Below are positions 1 through 10,772 of a stretch of DNA of 64,000 nt, in pieces. Position 1 is the stretch's first letter. Every line of letters starts with the position of its first letter. A program made the translations under genes and the position numbers. Source of the DNA: an uncultured Gemmatimonadaceae bacterium (GTDB taxonomy: Bacteria > Gemmatimonadota > Gemmatimonadetes > Gemmatimonadales > Gemmatimonadaceae). The stretch covers positions 96,001 through 160,000 of the forward strand of contig CAWGJO010000026.1 of assembly GCA_963822945.1 (NCBI GenBank). Reading direction: 5' to 3'. The notes under the pieces were generated by a model. It ran no database searches and had not been told where the DNA came from. It saw only the letters and a program-made list of their open reading frames with translations.

Positions 1-1321
1 GCGGGCTGAACACGGCGGTCTTCTTGGTGGCGAAGTCGTAGTGGTACACCGTGGTCGGCGCCAGGTACGACGAGAATGCGTAGAAAAGCTCGGGCCGGTC
101 GGCGCGGCCGCTGAGTCCGCCCACGGCGCCGATGCCCGGCAGCGACACCTGGTCGACGAGCTTCCCGTCGGCGGCGTACATCCGCACGTGGCTCTGCACG
201 TCCTCCAGGGTCTGCACGACGATTCGGTCGCCGGCAATCAGCGCCTGCTGGATGTTGTTCTTCGTTTCCGGCACCACCGTCTTCGCGCGCGCGAGCGACG
301 TGTCGGGGAGCGCCATCGCGATGATCCGGCGGTTGGGCGCGTCCTTCGTGGTCTGAATGAAGATCGTGCCGCCGATGTTGCCGATCACGCCGTACTCCGC
401 GTCGTCCGACGTGTTCACGGGACGGATGGTCGCGCCGACGTCGGGATGCATCGGGTCGCCGAGGTCGGCGTAGTAGAGCAGATTCTCGGGGTTCGTCCCG
501 TGGTTGAGCGTGATGAAGAGGTAGCGGCCATCATCTGTCACGCCGGCGCCCTCGTACCAGTCGGGGCGGTCGGGCCGCTGATAGATGAGCCGGTCCTGCG
601 TGTCCGGCGTGCCCACCGTGTGGTAGTAGATCTTTCCGTTCACCGCGGCCGCCGTCAGCACCTGATCCCTGGGTGGCGCCGGGAAGCGCGTGTAGAAGAA
701 TCCCTTGCCGTCTCGCGTCCACGACACGCCCGAGTACTTGACCCAGTGCACCGTGTCGGCCAGGTCGCGACCGGTGGCGAGTTCACGCACGTGCAGTTCT
801 TCCCAGTCCGACCCGCCGACCGAGAGCCCGTAGGCCAGATAACGTCCGTCGGGCGACGGCGCGTACGAGGCGAGATCCACCGACCCGTCGGCCGAGAGCG
901 TGTTCGGATCGATGAGCGTGGCCGGCGTGCCGCCCACGTCGGCCTGGTCGTAGAGTACCGACTGGTTCTGCAGGCCCGAGTTCATGCGGTAGAAGAGCCG
1001 GCCGGCCACGCGCTCCGGCACGCCGATGCTGGGCGTGTTCCAGAGGGCGGTGAGCCGCTTGCGGAAGGTCTCGCGCAGCGGAATCTGGTCCAGGTACTTG
1101 AACGTGACGGCGTTTTCGGCTTCCACCCAGCGGGCCACCTCGGGAGAGTTCTGATCCTCGAGCCAGCGGTACGGGTCGGCGACCTTGGTGCCGAAGTAGT
1201 CGTCCACCACGCTGTCCCTGCGCGTGACGGGATACTTGGGCGCCTGCTGCGCCGCGGCGATGCCCGCCGTGGTGCACAGTGCGACGAGGAGGAAGACGAG
1301 GGTGGCCGGGACGTGACGCAT
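1..1321 (-). CDS. Prolyl oligopeptidase (S9A), secreted; partial, runs off the left edge
   Basis: Manual translation from ATG 1321 (alternative ATG 1336): signal peptide MRHVPATLVFLLVALCTTAGIAAA, then KYPVTRRDSVVDDYFGTKVADPYRWLED, SPDGRYLAYGLSVGGSDW and VKYSGVSW, typical of the POP N-terminus/beta-propeller. The catalytic domain lies outside the window. Confidence 0.92.
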   Translation of the reverse strand, partial: MRHVPATLVFLLVALCTTAGIAAAQQAPKYPVTRRDSVVDDYFGTKVADPYRWLEDQNSPEVARWVEAENAVTFKYLDQIPLRETFRKRLTALWNTPSIGVPERVAGRLFYRMNSGLQNQSVLYDQADVGGTPATLIDPNTLSADGSVDLASYAPSPDGRYLAYGLSVGGSDWEELHVRELATGRDLADTVHWVKYSGVSWTRDGKGFFYTRFPAPPRDQVLTAAAVNGKIYYHTVGTPDTQDRLIYQRPDRPDWYEGAGVTDDGRYLFITLNHGTNPENLLYYADLGDPMHPDVGATIRPVNTSDDAEYGVIGNIGGTIFIQTTKDAPNRRIIAMALPDTSLARAKTVVPETKNNIQQALIAGDRIVVQTLEDVQSHVRMYAADGKLVDQVSLPGIGAVGGLSGRADRPELFYAFSSYLAPTTVYHYDFATKKTAVFSP

Positions 1322-1508
1322 CGGGTGTGACAGCATGCCGCGTGGCTCCGTGGGTTGGATCCCGTATTCTCTCCACTTCGGGCGCACGCCGCCAGTCGCC
1401 CGCCGGGCGCGGTGTCGGCCGGCTTCCCGGCGGTTGGGGAACGCGCGCCTGCGGATCGGGTAGATTTATCGGTCGCGGCCCCCCCGGACACGCCGACACC
1501 CCATTCTC

Positions 1509-3020
1509 ATGCCCTCCCTGCACTGTCTCGTTGAGGACGTCCGTCCGTCGGAACGTTCCGGGTACGCGCGGTTCACGCGCGCGCGTCTGCTCGCTTCCGC
1601 ACTCGTTGCCGTGGCGCTCGGCGCCTGCGGCGGCTCCAAGTCGACCACCACCACTACCACGGCACCCGGAGCGGGTGTCGTGGCCTCGATCAGCGTCGCG
1701 CCCACGACCACGACGCTCGTCATCGGCGACACTCTGCGCTTCGTCGCCACCCTGTACGACAACGCGAGCAACATTCTCACGGGCGATACGGTGACCTGGT
1801 CGAGCAGCGACTCCTCGATCGCGACCGTCAACGACTCGGGTACCGTCACCGGCGTTGCTACGGGGACGGCGACCATCACCGCCACGAGCAAGGGAATCCT
1901 GGGTACGGCGGCGCTCACCGTCACGCCGCCGGTCACGAAGGCGTTCACCGGCGTGACCGCCGTGGCCGCCGGGTTCGCGCACACCTGCGCCCTCGTGACC
2001 GGCGGAACGGCGTATTGCTGGGGCAGTAATGCCAGCGGACAGTTGGGCAACGACACCACCGGCATCTCGCCCTTCCCGCTCGCGGTGTCCGGCGGGCTCA
2101 CCTTCGCGTCGCTCACCGCGGGCTACTCGCACACCTGCGGGCTCACGTCCGCCGGCGCGGCGTACTGCTGGGGAGACAATGCCACGGGGGCGCTCGGCAA
2201 CACCACCGCCAACGCCACCAGCGGCACGCCGGTGACCGTCGCCGGCGGCCTGACCTTCAAGATGATCAGCGCCGGCTACGCCCACACGTGCGGGGTGGCG
2301 GCGGACAGTTCCGCCTACTGCTGGGGTGCCAACGAGAGCGGTGAGCTGGGCAACGGCACGGTGGGGCAGAACAGTTCCACGCCCACGCTGGTGTCCGGCG
2401 GACTCAAGTTCGCGTCCATCAGCGCCGGCGGCGTCTACACCTGCGGCGTGACCACGGCGGGCGCCGGCTACTGTTGGGGGTCCAACGCGTACGGCGTGCT
2501 CGGAAACGGAACCACCACCGACAGCCCCACTCCGGTGGCCGTGGCTGGTGGCCTCCAGCTCGCGTCGATCACGGCCGGTGTGTACCACACCTGCGCCCTC
2601 ACCGTGAACGGGGCCGCGTACTGCTGGGGCCAAGCCGGAAACGGGCAGCTCGGGTCGGGGCTGACGTCGTTGAGCAGCTCGACGCCGCTGGCGGTGGCCG
2701 GTGGTCACACCTTCGCCTCCATGGCGGTCGGCGAGTTGAGCAGCTGCGCCGTCACGTCGGCGGGGGCCGGCTACTGCTGGGGCTCGGGCAGCTTCGGCGC
2801 CCTCGGCACCGGGTCCACGACCCAGGCCGACACCCCGCAGGCCGTGAGCGGGTCGTTGGTACTCGCGTCGGTGACCGCCGGCATCTCGTTCCACGCCTGC
2901 GCGCTCGATACGACCAACGGCGTGTACTGCTGGGGCTACGACAACAGCGGCGAACTGGGTACCGGCAGCGCCGGCGGTTACAGCGTGACGCCGCAGCAGG
3001 TGGTGGTGCCGAACAACTGA
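1509..3020 (+). CDS. Lipoprotein with an Ig-like (Big_2) domain and seven RCC1/BLIP-II-like repeats
   Basis: Lipobox ALGAC, Thr-rich linker, Big_2 motif VTWSSSDSSIATVNDSGTVTGVATGTATITAT, and seven repeats of AGxxHTCxxxxxGxAYCWGxNxxGxLG. Exact start uncertain. Confidence 0.88.
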   Translation: MPSLHCLVEDVRPSERSGYARFTRARLLASALVAVALGACGGSKSTTTTTTAPGAGVVASISVAPTTTTLVIGDTLRFVATLYDNASNILTGDTVTWSSSDSSIATVNDSGTVTGVATGTATITATSKGILGTAALTVTPPVTKAFTGVTAVAAGFAHTCALVTGGTAYCWGSNASGQLGNDTTGISPFPLAVSGGLTFASLTAGYSHTCGLTSAGAAYCWGDNATGALGNTTANATSGTPVTVAGGLTFKMISAGYAHTCGVAADSSAYCWGANESGELGNGTVGQNSSTPTLVSGGLKFASISAGGVYTCGVTTAGAGYCWGSNAYGVLGNGTTTDSPTPVAVAGGLQLASITAGVYHTCALTVNGAAYCWGQAGNGQLGSGLTSLSSSTPLAVAGGHTFASMAVGELSSCAVTSAGAGYCWGSGSFGALGTGSTTQADTPQAVSGSLVLASVTAGISFHACALDTTNGVYCWGYDNSGELGTGSAGGYSVTPQQVVVPNN

Positions 3021-3099
3021 ACCGGGAGTACGTCCCTGCGCAGCTGATCGCCGGTCCCGGGGTTTGACCTGGGGCCGGCGATCGTGCTGTTTTCACCCC

Positions 3100-4470
3100 A
3101 TGCCGAACGTCGCCGTCCAGACCCACCCCTTGTTCACCGACCTGCGGAGCCGGGAATTCTCCCGCCTCGACCGGCAGCGCCACGCGTATCTGGACTACAC
3201 CGGAAGCGGGCTCTACCCCGAGAGCCTGCTCGAGCGCCACGTGGAACTGCTGCGGAAATCCATCCTCGGCAATCCGCACTCCCGGCACGAGCCGTCGGAG
3301 GCCAGCACCTCGCTCCTGTCGCAGGCGCGGAGCGCGGTGCTGCGATTCGTGGATGCCCCGCCCGAGGAGTACGAGGTGGTCTTCACCTCCAACGCCTCGG
3401 CCGCCATCAAGCTCGTGGGCGAGAGCTATCCGTTCGCCGCCGGCGGCGCGTACGTGCTGGCCGAGGACAACCACAACTCCGTGAACGGCGTTCGCGAGTT
3501 CGCGCGCCGCGCCGGCGCGCGGATCACGTACCTGCCGCTCGATGCCGGGCTCCGCCTGGACGATCCGGATCCGAAGCTTGCTGCGGCGGCAACCGCGGCC
3601 GGTGAGCGGCCGCGCCTGTTCGCGTATCCGGCGCAGTCCAACTTCACCGGGGTCAAGCACGGGCTGGAACTGGTGGCGTCGGCGCAGGCGCTCGGCTTCG
3701 ACGTGCTCCTGGACGCCGCCGCCTTCGTCCCGACCAACCGGCTGAGCCTGCGCCGCGTGCCTGCCGACTTCACCGTGATCTCCTTCTATAAGGTGTTCGG
3801 GTATCCCACCGGAGTCGGGGCCCTCGTGGCACGCCGGAACGCGCTGGAGAAGCTGCACCGCCCGTGGTTCGCGGGTGGCACCGTGGACTTCGCGTCGGTG
3901 CAGAACGACACGCATCAGTTGCGATCGGGTGCCGAGCGGTTCGAGGACGGCACGCCCGACTTCCTCGGACTCGCCGCGCTGATACCGGGTTTGGAGTTCA
4001 TGGAGCAGATGGACATGGACCGCCTCGCGGAGCACGTGCGCGTGCTCGCGGGCGAACTGCTGGAGGCGTTGACCTCGCTTCGCCATACCAACGGGAAGCC
4101 GATGGTGGTGGTGTACGGGCCGCCGACCATGGACCGGCGCGGTGGCACCGTGGCGTTCAACGTGCTGGACGCGGCGGGGCGGCCCATTTCGTACGCCATC
4201 GTCGAGGATCGTGCCCGGGAGGCCGGGGTGTCGGTGCGGGGGGGATGCTTCTGCAATCCGGGCGCCGGAGAGCGGGCATTCGATCTTCCCGCCGATGAGG
4301 CGGCTCGATGCTTCCGGGCCACGGCCCAGGGCTTCACTCTGGAGCGGTTCGCCGAGTGCATGGGGGCCGACATCGCCGTCGGCGCCGTGCGTGCCTCGGT
4401 GGGCATGGCCACCAATTCGGACGACATCCGACGCCTCGAGAAGACGATCGCGAGTTTTGCCGATCGTTGA
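3100..4470 (+). CDS. Class V PLP aminotransferase / cysteine desulfurase-like, resembling the NifS-like domain of molybdenum cofactor sulfurase
   Basis: Motifs YLDYTGSGLY, GNPHS, DNHNSV, LLDAAAF, SFYKVFGYPTGVGAL (PLP Lys), FEDGT and RGGCFCNPG. Confidence 0.85.
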   Translation: MPNVAVQTHPLFTDLRSREFSRLDRQRHAYLDYTGSGLYPESLLERHVELLRKSILGNPHSRHEPSEASTSLLSQARSAVLRFVDAPPEEYEVVFTSNASAAIKLVGESYPFAAGGAYVLAEDNHNSVNGVREFARRAGARITYLPLDAGLRLDDPDPKLAAAATAAGERPRLFAYPAQSNFTGVKHGLELVASAQALGFDVLLDAAAFVPTNRLSLRRVPADFTVISFYKVFGYPTGVGALVARRNALEKLHRPWFAGGTVDFASVQNDTHQLRSGAERFEDGTPDFLGLAALIPGLEFMEQMDMDRLAEHVRVLAGELLEALTSLRHTNGKPMVVVYGPPTMDRRGGTVAFNVLDAAGRPISYAIVEDRAREAGVSVRGGCFCNPGAGERAFDLPADEAARCFRATAQGFTLERFAECMGADIAVGAVRASVGMATNSDDIRRLEKTIASFADR

Positions 4471-4478
4471 GTGCCGCG

Positions 4479-5890
4479 ATGAACCCTTCGGACTTCAGCG
4501 CCAACGCCAAGGCGATCGTCGACTGGGTGGCCAACTACCGCGCCACGATCGCCGACCGCCCGGTGATGGCGCGCACGGCTCCGGGTGAGATCAAGGCGCA
4601 GCTGCCGGCCTCGCCGCCGGAGCAGGGCGAGTCGTTCGACGCGATGCTCCGCGACTTCGACACCATCATCGCGCCCGGCATCACCAACTGGCAGTCCCCG
4701 CACTTCTTCGGCTTCTTCCCGGGCGCCGGATCGCTGGCCAGTGTACTCGGCGACTACCTGAGCAGCGGTCTCTCCGTGCTCGGCCTCTCGTGGCAGGCGT
4801 CGCCCGCCGTCACCGAGCTGGAAGAAGTGGTCACCGACTGGATGCGCCAGATGGTGGGGCTCTCCGGGGCCTGGAGCGGGGTCATCCAGGACACGGCGTC
4901 CACGAGCACCCTGGTGGCGCTGCTCTGCGCCCGCGAGCGCAGCACCGAGTACTCACTGGTCCGGGGGGACTGCAGGCGGCCGAACGGCCGCTCGTCGTGT
5001 ACGTCTCGGCACACGCCCACAGTTCCGTGGACAAGGCGGCGCTGCTCGCCGGATTCGGTCGCGACAACGTTCGCCTGGTGCCGCACGACGAGGCGTATGC
5101 CATGCGCGCCGACGCTCTGCGTGACCTGATCGCCGAGGACCTCGCCGCCGGTCGCGTGCCGTGCGCCGTGGTCGCCACCACCGGCACCACCGGCACTACC
5201 GCCGTCGACCCGGTGCACGAGATAGCCGCCGTGGCCCGCGATCACGCGCTCTGGCTGCACGTCGACGCGGCGATGGCCGGGTCGGCGATGATCCTGCCCG
5301 AGATGCGCGCCCTCTGGGATGGGATCGAGGACGCGGACTCGCTCGTCCTGAATCCGCATAAGTGGCTCGGCGTCGTGTTCGACTGCTCGCTGTACTACGT
5401 GAAGGACGCCGAGCATCTGGTGCGCGTGATGTCCACCAACCCGAGCTATCTGCAGAGCGCCGCTGACGGCCGGGTGAAGAACTACCGTGACTGGGGCATC
5501 CCGCTGGGGCGCCGCTTCCGCGCCCTCAAGCTCTGGTTCCTGATCCGTGACCAGGGCGTGGCGGGTCTGCAGGCGCGCATCCGGCGCGACCTGGAGAACG
5601 CCAGGTGGCTCGAACACCAGGTGCGCGCCGAACCGCACTGGCGCGTCCTCGCGCCGGTCGTGCTGCAGACGGTGTGCCTCCGACACGAGCCGCCCGGTGT
5701 CGCGGGGGACGCGCTCGACCGGCACACGCTGGCGTGGGTGGACCGGGTCAATCAGTCCGGCGCGGCGTACCTCACACCGTCGGTGCTCGACGGTCGCTGG
5801 ATGGCGCGGGTCTCGATCGGAGCCGAGCCGACGGAACGCGAGCACGTCGCGGCGGTGTGGGAGCTGATGCGCGAGGCCGTGGCCGGCTGA
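4479..5890 (+). CDS. Aromatic-L-amino-acid decarboxylase family (group II PLP); one frameshift in the G6 run at ~4963-4968
   Basis: N-half PGITNWQSPHFFGFFP, SPAVTELE, GVIQDTAS in one frame. C-half AHSSVDKA, LHVDAAMAG, NPHKW, DWGIPLGRRFRALKLW in the next frame. Adding one G restores the ORF. Confidence 0.88.
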
Positions 5891-5992
5891 CCCACCGTTG
5901 CTGGCACATTGTCCGGGCGACCGGTACTGTAGGGGTGTTCCTCGAGCGGTTGTCGCGATTCCCCCCCCATCCTATCCGCCATCGGAGGATCC

Positions 5993-6412
5993 ATGAATCG
6001 CCAGAAGATCGTCATCGCCGGGCTCGTGGCCGGGTTGGTCCTGAACGTGCTCGACTTCGTGAGCTACAGCTACATCGTCGGCGCGCAACTCGCCTCGGCC
6101 ATGGACGCGGTGAACCCGTCGTTGTCGGCGGCGATGTCCACGTCGCGCGCCATGGCCACCAGCATCGTGATCGACTTCCTGATGGGCATCGCGCTCGTGT
6201 GGTTGTACGCCGCCATGCGGCCCCGCTACGGGGCCGGGCCGCGCAACGCCCTGATGTCGGCGTTCTTCGTCTGGCTGATCTCGGCGTTCGCGTTCAGCAT
6301 GTTCCACACCATGGGCATGATGGGCATGCATCTCTGGCTGCTCATGGCATGCATCGCATTCGTGAATCTGGCCATCGGCGCCCTTGTGGGGGGCAGGCTC
6401 TACTCCGAGTAG
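5993..6412 (+). CDS. Small integral membrane protein (~4 TM), unknown function
   Basis: RBS GGAGG upstream of ATG, four hydrophobic segments, motif LYAAMRPRYGAGPRNA. Confidence 0.75.
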   Translation: MNRQKIVIAGLVAGLVLNVLDFVSYSYIVGAQLASAMDAVNPSLSAAMSTSRAMATSIVIDFLMGIALVWLYAAMRPRYGAGPRNALMSAFFVWLISAFAFSMFHTMGMMGMHLWLLMACIAFVNLAIGALVGGRLYSE

Positions 6413-6442
6413 CGCGGCGATCCCGCCCGCGTGCCGCGGTCC

Positions 6443-8962
6443 TCACGCCGAGGGCCGCGGTGCGGCGGGCGTACAGTGTACCACGGCCGTGGCCGGGGCG
6501 AGCCCCGGGGCCGCGGCCTGCACGTGCAGATCGCCCGCCGTCTTCGTGGCCTGCACGATCGCCACGGCGAGCCCGTTGAATACCCGCCGCACCGTGCCCT
6601 TGTCGGCGCCGTGATCGCTGGGGTCGCCATTGCCGAGCCCGATCAGCCGGCCGTTACCCGACAGCGTGAATTCGATCTCGTCGTTTGCCACCGGCACCGT
6701 GCGCCCCTGCGCGTCCACCACCCGCACCTCCACCACGGACACGTCCTCGCCGTCGGCGTCGATTGCCGGGCGGTCCGGCGCGAGCACGATCCGCGCCGGC
6801 GCCCCGGTGGTCTCGCGCGTGTCGGTGGCCAGCAGCTTCCCGTTCCGGTAGCCGCGCGCCTCCAGCGTTCCCGGCTGGTAGGCGACGCGCCACTCGAGAT
6901 GCGTGTTGGGCTTCACGGCCTGCCGGCCCAGGGAGCGGCCGTTCAGGAACAGTTCCACCTGCTCGGCGTTGCTGTGCACCCAGACGCGGATCTCCTGGCC
7001 TTCCATGCCGGGCCAGTTCCAGTGCGGAAAGAGATGCACCACGGGCGTCGTGCCCCACCACGCCTGGTAGTAATAAAAGTTGTCCTTGGGAAAGCCGCAG
7101 GTGTCCATGATGCCGAAGTGCGAGTTGATGCACGGCCAACCGTAGGGCGTCGGCTCGCCCCGGTAGTCGAAGCCGGTCCACACGAAGCCGCCGGCCAGGA
7201 AGGGGCGCGCCGCGTAGGTGGTCCACCAGCTTTCCGCCGTCGTGGCCCAGGGCGGGAACTGCGTGTCGTACGCTTCCACGTAGCCGCGCGTCTTGTCGTT
7301 GGCATAGATGCCGCGGGTGGAGACCGTGCTGGCCGTTTCCGTGCCCATCGACCAGCTGTTTGGGAAATTCCGTATGGAAGGCGTCGATGCGCGTCCCGTC
7401 GCCGTAGTTGAAGCCCTGCACGTCGACCACGGCCGACAGCCCCTTGCCCCATGACCCGTTCATCGCCTCGGTGATGGGCCGCGAGGGATCGAGCCGGCGG
7501 GCCAGCCGCTTCATGCTCGCCGCGATGCGCGCGCCCTCATCGGTGCCCTGCAGCGGCTCCTCGTTGCCGATCGACCAGCAGAACACGCTCGGCGTGATTG
7601 CGGTCGCGGCGGATCAGGCGTTCGAACTGGCTCAGTCCCTCGGGGCTCGACGAGAACATGCGCGTCTCGTCGAGCACGAGCATGCCCAGCCGGTCGCAGG
7701 CGTCGAGCAGCTCGGGAGTGGGCGGGTTGTGCGACGTGCGATAGGCGTTGCATCCCATCGCCTTGAGGCGCGCGATGCGGTAGTACTGCAGGCGGTCGGG
7801 AAGGGCCGACCCCACCCCGGCGTGATCCTGATGGTTGCACGTGCCCCTGAGTTCCACGTGCTCGCCGTTGAGGAAGAAGCCGCGATCCGCGTCGAACTGC
7901 ATGGTGCGCACGCCGAACGTCGTCTCGTAGTCGTCCACCGGGGTGCCGGCCACCTCGATGGTGGTGACGAGGCGGTAGAGGTGCGGCGACTCGATGGACC
8001 AGCGTACGGCATTCGGGATCGTCGTCGTCTGATCGACCGTCGCGCGCCCCCGGGCGGGCACCCGCACGCCGCCGGTCACGGCGCTGGCGCGCGTCGTGCC
8101 CGGCGTCGTCGACGACGCGCGACACCACTCGGCAGACGGTATCGCCGTCGCTGTCGTTGGCCACCGTGGTCTGGAGGCGCAGCCGGGCGCCGGCGCCATG
8201 GGACTCGGAGGTCACGTACGTGCCCCACTGCGGCACGTGCACGGGCGCCGTCTTCACCAGCCAGACGTGCCGGTAGATCCCGGCGCCCTCGTAGAACCAT
8301 CCCTCGTTCTCGGTGGCGTCCACGCGCACCACGAGCACGTTGTCGCCGCCGTAGTGCGCGAAGTCGGTGATGTCCACGCGGAAGGGCGCGTACCCGCTGA
8401 CCGCCGTGGTGAGGTACACGTCGTTGAGCGTGACGATGCAGTTGCGGTACACCCCGTCGAATTCGAGCGCGAGTCGGCGGCCGGCGTCGGCGGCGGGAAT
8501 CGTGAACGTCTTGCGGTACCAGCCGATGCTGGTGGCCGGGTAGTCGCGGCCGACGGGCTTGAAGCCGTGTGAGGTGAGCGCGGGATCATCGACGAACGGA
8601 AGTTCGACCACCCAGTCGTGGGGGAGATCGACCGCGGTCCACGTGCTGGCGTCGAAGTCGGGGCGCGCGGGCTTGAAGAAGTAGCCCGTCTTGGCGAACA
8701 CGCCGTCGTTCCCGTGTCCGAAGCCGAAGTCCTGCGCGGGGTCGTCCGCGTGGCCCGGATGGAAGCGCCAGTCGAAGTCGAGCAGCAGGCGGTCGCGGAG
8801 ACGTGTCGCGGCGGGCAGCGTGGCGAGGTCCGGGCTCGATGCGTCGCCGGGATCGCCCCCAAGGGCGGACAGGGGAAAGCCCTGGGCCGTGCCCGGCAGC
8901 ATCGCCGCGCCGGCGGCGAGCAGTCCGCTCTTCAGCATGTCACGTCGTGACCAGATGCGCAT
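6443..8962 (-). CDS. Tat-exported GH2 beta-galactosidase; three single-base frameshifts (~8100, ~7593, ~7352)
   Basis: Tat motif SRRDMLK. GH2 motifs [47 protein letters not shown](P)[11 protein letters not shown] and [10 protein letters not shown] are spread over four frame segments, each joined by removing one base. Confidence 0.9.
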
Positions 8963-9167
8963 GTTCGTCTCCGCGTACGATCGTTTCGGCGTCGGATGCG
9001 TTAAGTTGCAGGCACGGGCGCGGAGCGCGCCCGTGATCCGGTATTCGGAATCTCTGCCTGAACCATCCGACCCGCCAGTGAGGTCGCGGCCGCGTGAGCG
9101 GACGCGGGTGCGCGACCGGCGGCAGCGCGCTGCCCACCCCCCGGCCGGTGGCGCCACGAGGAGAGCG

Positions 9168-9993
9168 ATGATCATCGATTGTCACGTCCACCTCAACAAC
9201 TACCACGATCAGATCGCGGTCTCGCTCGACGAGAGCCTCGACAAACTGCAGCACGCGATGGAGGAGGCCGGGGTCGATCATTCCATCGTGCTCACCAGCT
9301 ACGTGGTGAACCCCAATCGGCCGAGCACCGCCGAAGTGGTGCGTGCCGTGTCGAAGGTGAAGAACCTGAGCGTGGTGGCGGGCATCAGCTACACGCACTA
9401 CAAGGAACGCGACCTGCGCCAGATGGCCGACTTCCTCAAGGATCGCCTGGTCGTGGGCCTCAAGCTCTACCCGGGCTACGAGCCGTTCTACCCGCACGAT
9501 CAGCGGCTGCGCGTGGTGTACGATCTGGCCGAGGAATTCGACGTGCCGGTGATGATCCACAGCGGCGACACGTACAGCCCGAAGGGCAAGTTGAAGTACT
9601 CGCACCCGCTGGAAGTGGACGAGGTGGCGGTCGACTACCCCAACGTGAAGCTCGTGATCTGCCACCTCGGGCAATCCGTGGCTCACCGACTGCATGGAGG
9701 TGGTGTACAAGAACAAGAACGTGTACACCGACTTCTCCGGCCTCGTACTCGGCGAGTTCACCGAAGCGTTCGAAGACTTCATGGAACGGCAGATCGAGGA
9801 CGCCATTCTCTATGCAGGCGAGCCCAACTATCTGCTCTACGGCACCGACTGGCCCATCTGTTCGATGAAGTCGTACGTGGAATTCGTGAAGCAACTGAAG
9901 ATGAGCGACGAGCAGAAGCACCAGATCATGTACGAGAATGCTCGGCGCCTGTTCCGACTGCCGCTGCCGGCGCGCGACGCGCCGTCGGTCTGA
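9168..9993 (+). CDS. Amidohydrolase family 2 (TIM-barrel metallohydrolase); one frameshift at ~9670
   Basis: IIDCHVH, GLKLYPGY, PVMIHSG, CHLG(NPW), VYTDFSG, LYGTDWP. An extra G at 9669-9671 splits the ORF. Confidence 0.85.
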
Positions 9994-10013
9994 CTTCCTC
10001 CCCCCGGAGGCCT

Positions 10014-10724
10014 ATGATCCGTGTGCGAGAGATCCGGACGGCGAAGGATCCCGCGTTCGCCAAGGCGCACGCGCTGTTGCGCCGCATCTTTCCGCGGTCC
10101 GAGATGATGCCGCGGCGCGCCTGGGTGCAGGTGCTCCGGGAGCGCGAGCAGGGACTCTGGACCGACCTCAACTGGCATCTGTTCGTGGCCCAGCGCGACG
10201 GCGTCGTGATCGGCGCCGCCAGCGGGTCGTATCTCGGCAACGTCAACGTGGGCGTGATCGGGTATGTCGCGGTGGATGCCGAAGCCCGCGCCGCGGGGCT
10301 CGGGCCCCGGCTCCGCCGCGCCCTCGTGCGGGCGTTCACGCGCGACGCCCGGGACGTGAACGGCACCTCGTTGCGGGCCGTGGTGGGCGAGGTGCACGCC
10401 GACAACCCCTGGCTGCGCGTCCTCGTGAGCCGCCACCACGCGCTGGCGCTCGATTTTCCGTACTACCAGCCGGCGCTCCACCGCACCGAGAAGGGCGTGC
10501 CGCTGGTGATGTACTACGAGCCCATCGGCGCGCGCCGCCGCTGGCTCGCCGCGGGCGAGGTCCGCCGGCTGTTGTATACCATGTGGCGCCGGGCCTACCG
10601 CGTACCGAGCCCGCTCCGAGACCCCAACTTCCGCCGCATGCTCCGCGCGCTCGACGGCCGGCGGCGCATCGGGCCCCGCGCGATGCTGCCACGCACGCAC
10701 CGGACCCGCCACTCGATCAGCTGA
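10014..10724 (+). CDS. GNAT-like acetyltransferase
   Basis: RBS GGAGG. Acetyl-CoA-binding motif A-like segment GYVAVDAEARAAGLGPRL. Confidence 0.7.
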   Translation: MIRVREIRTAKDPAFAKAHALLRRIFPRSEMMPRRAWVQVLREREQGLWTDLNWHLFVAQRDGVVIGAASGSYLGNVNVGVIGYVAVDAEARAAGLGPRLRRALVRAFTRDARDVNGTSLRAVVGEVHADNPWLRVLVSRHHALALDFPYYQPALHRTEKGVPLVMYYEPIGARRRWLAAGEVRRLLYTMWRRAYRVPSPLRDPNFRRMLRALDGRRRIGPRAMLPRTHRTRHSIS

Positions 10725-10772
10725 GCCGCGGGCACGTCCCGGGCGAAACACCGTGAACGCTTCGGAGGGAAG

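Noticed and set aside
1960..2990. Nucleotide repeats (TACTGCTGGGG etc.) as a possible DGR or CRISPR-like array
   Set aside because: They are coding RCC1 repeats. There is no reverse transcriptase and no adenine-specific TR/VR pattern.
4960..4970. Programmed frameshift or phase variation at G runs (also ~47810)
   Set aside because: The runs are short (5-6 nt) and similar indels are scattered through unrelated genes, so sequencing error is more parsimonious.
8691..10724. Apparent 677-aa amidohydrolase-GNAT fusion ORF
   Set aside because: Artefact of the ~9670 frameshift. The amidohydrolase has its own stop at 9993, and the GNAT has its own RBS and ATG at 10014.
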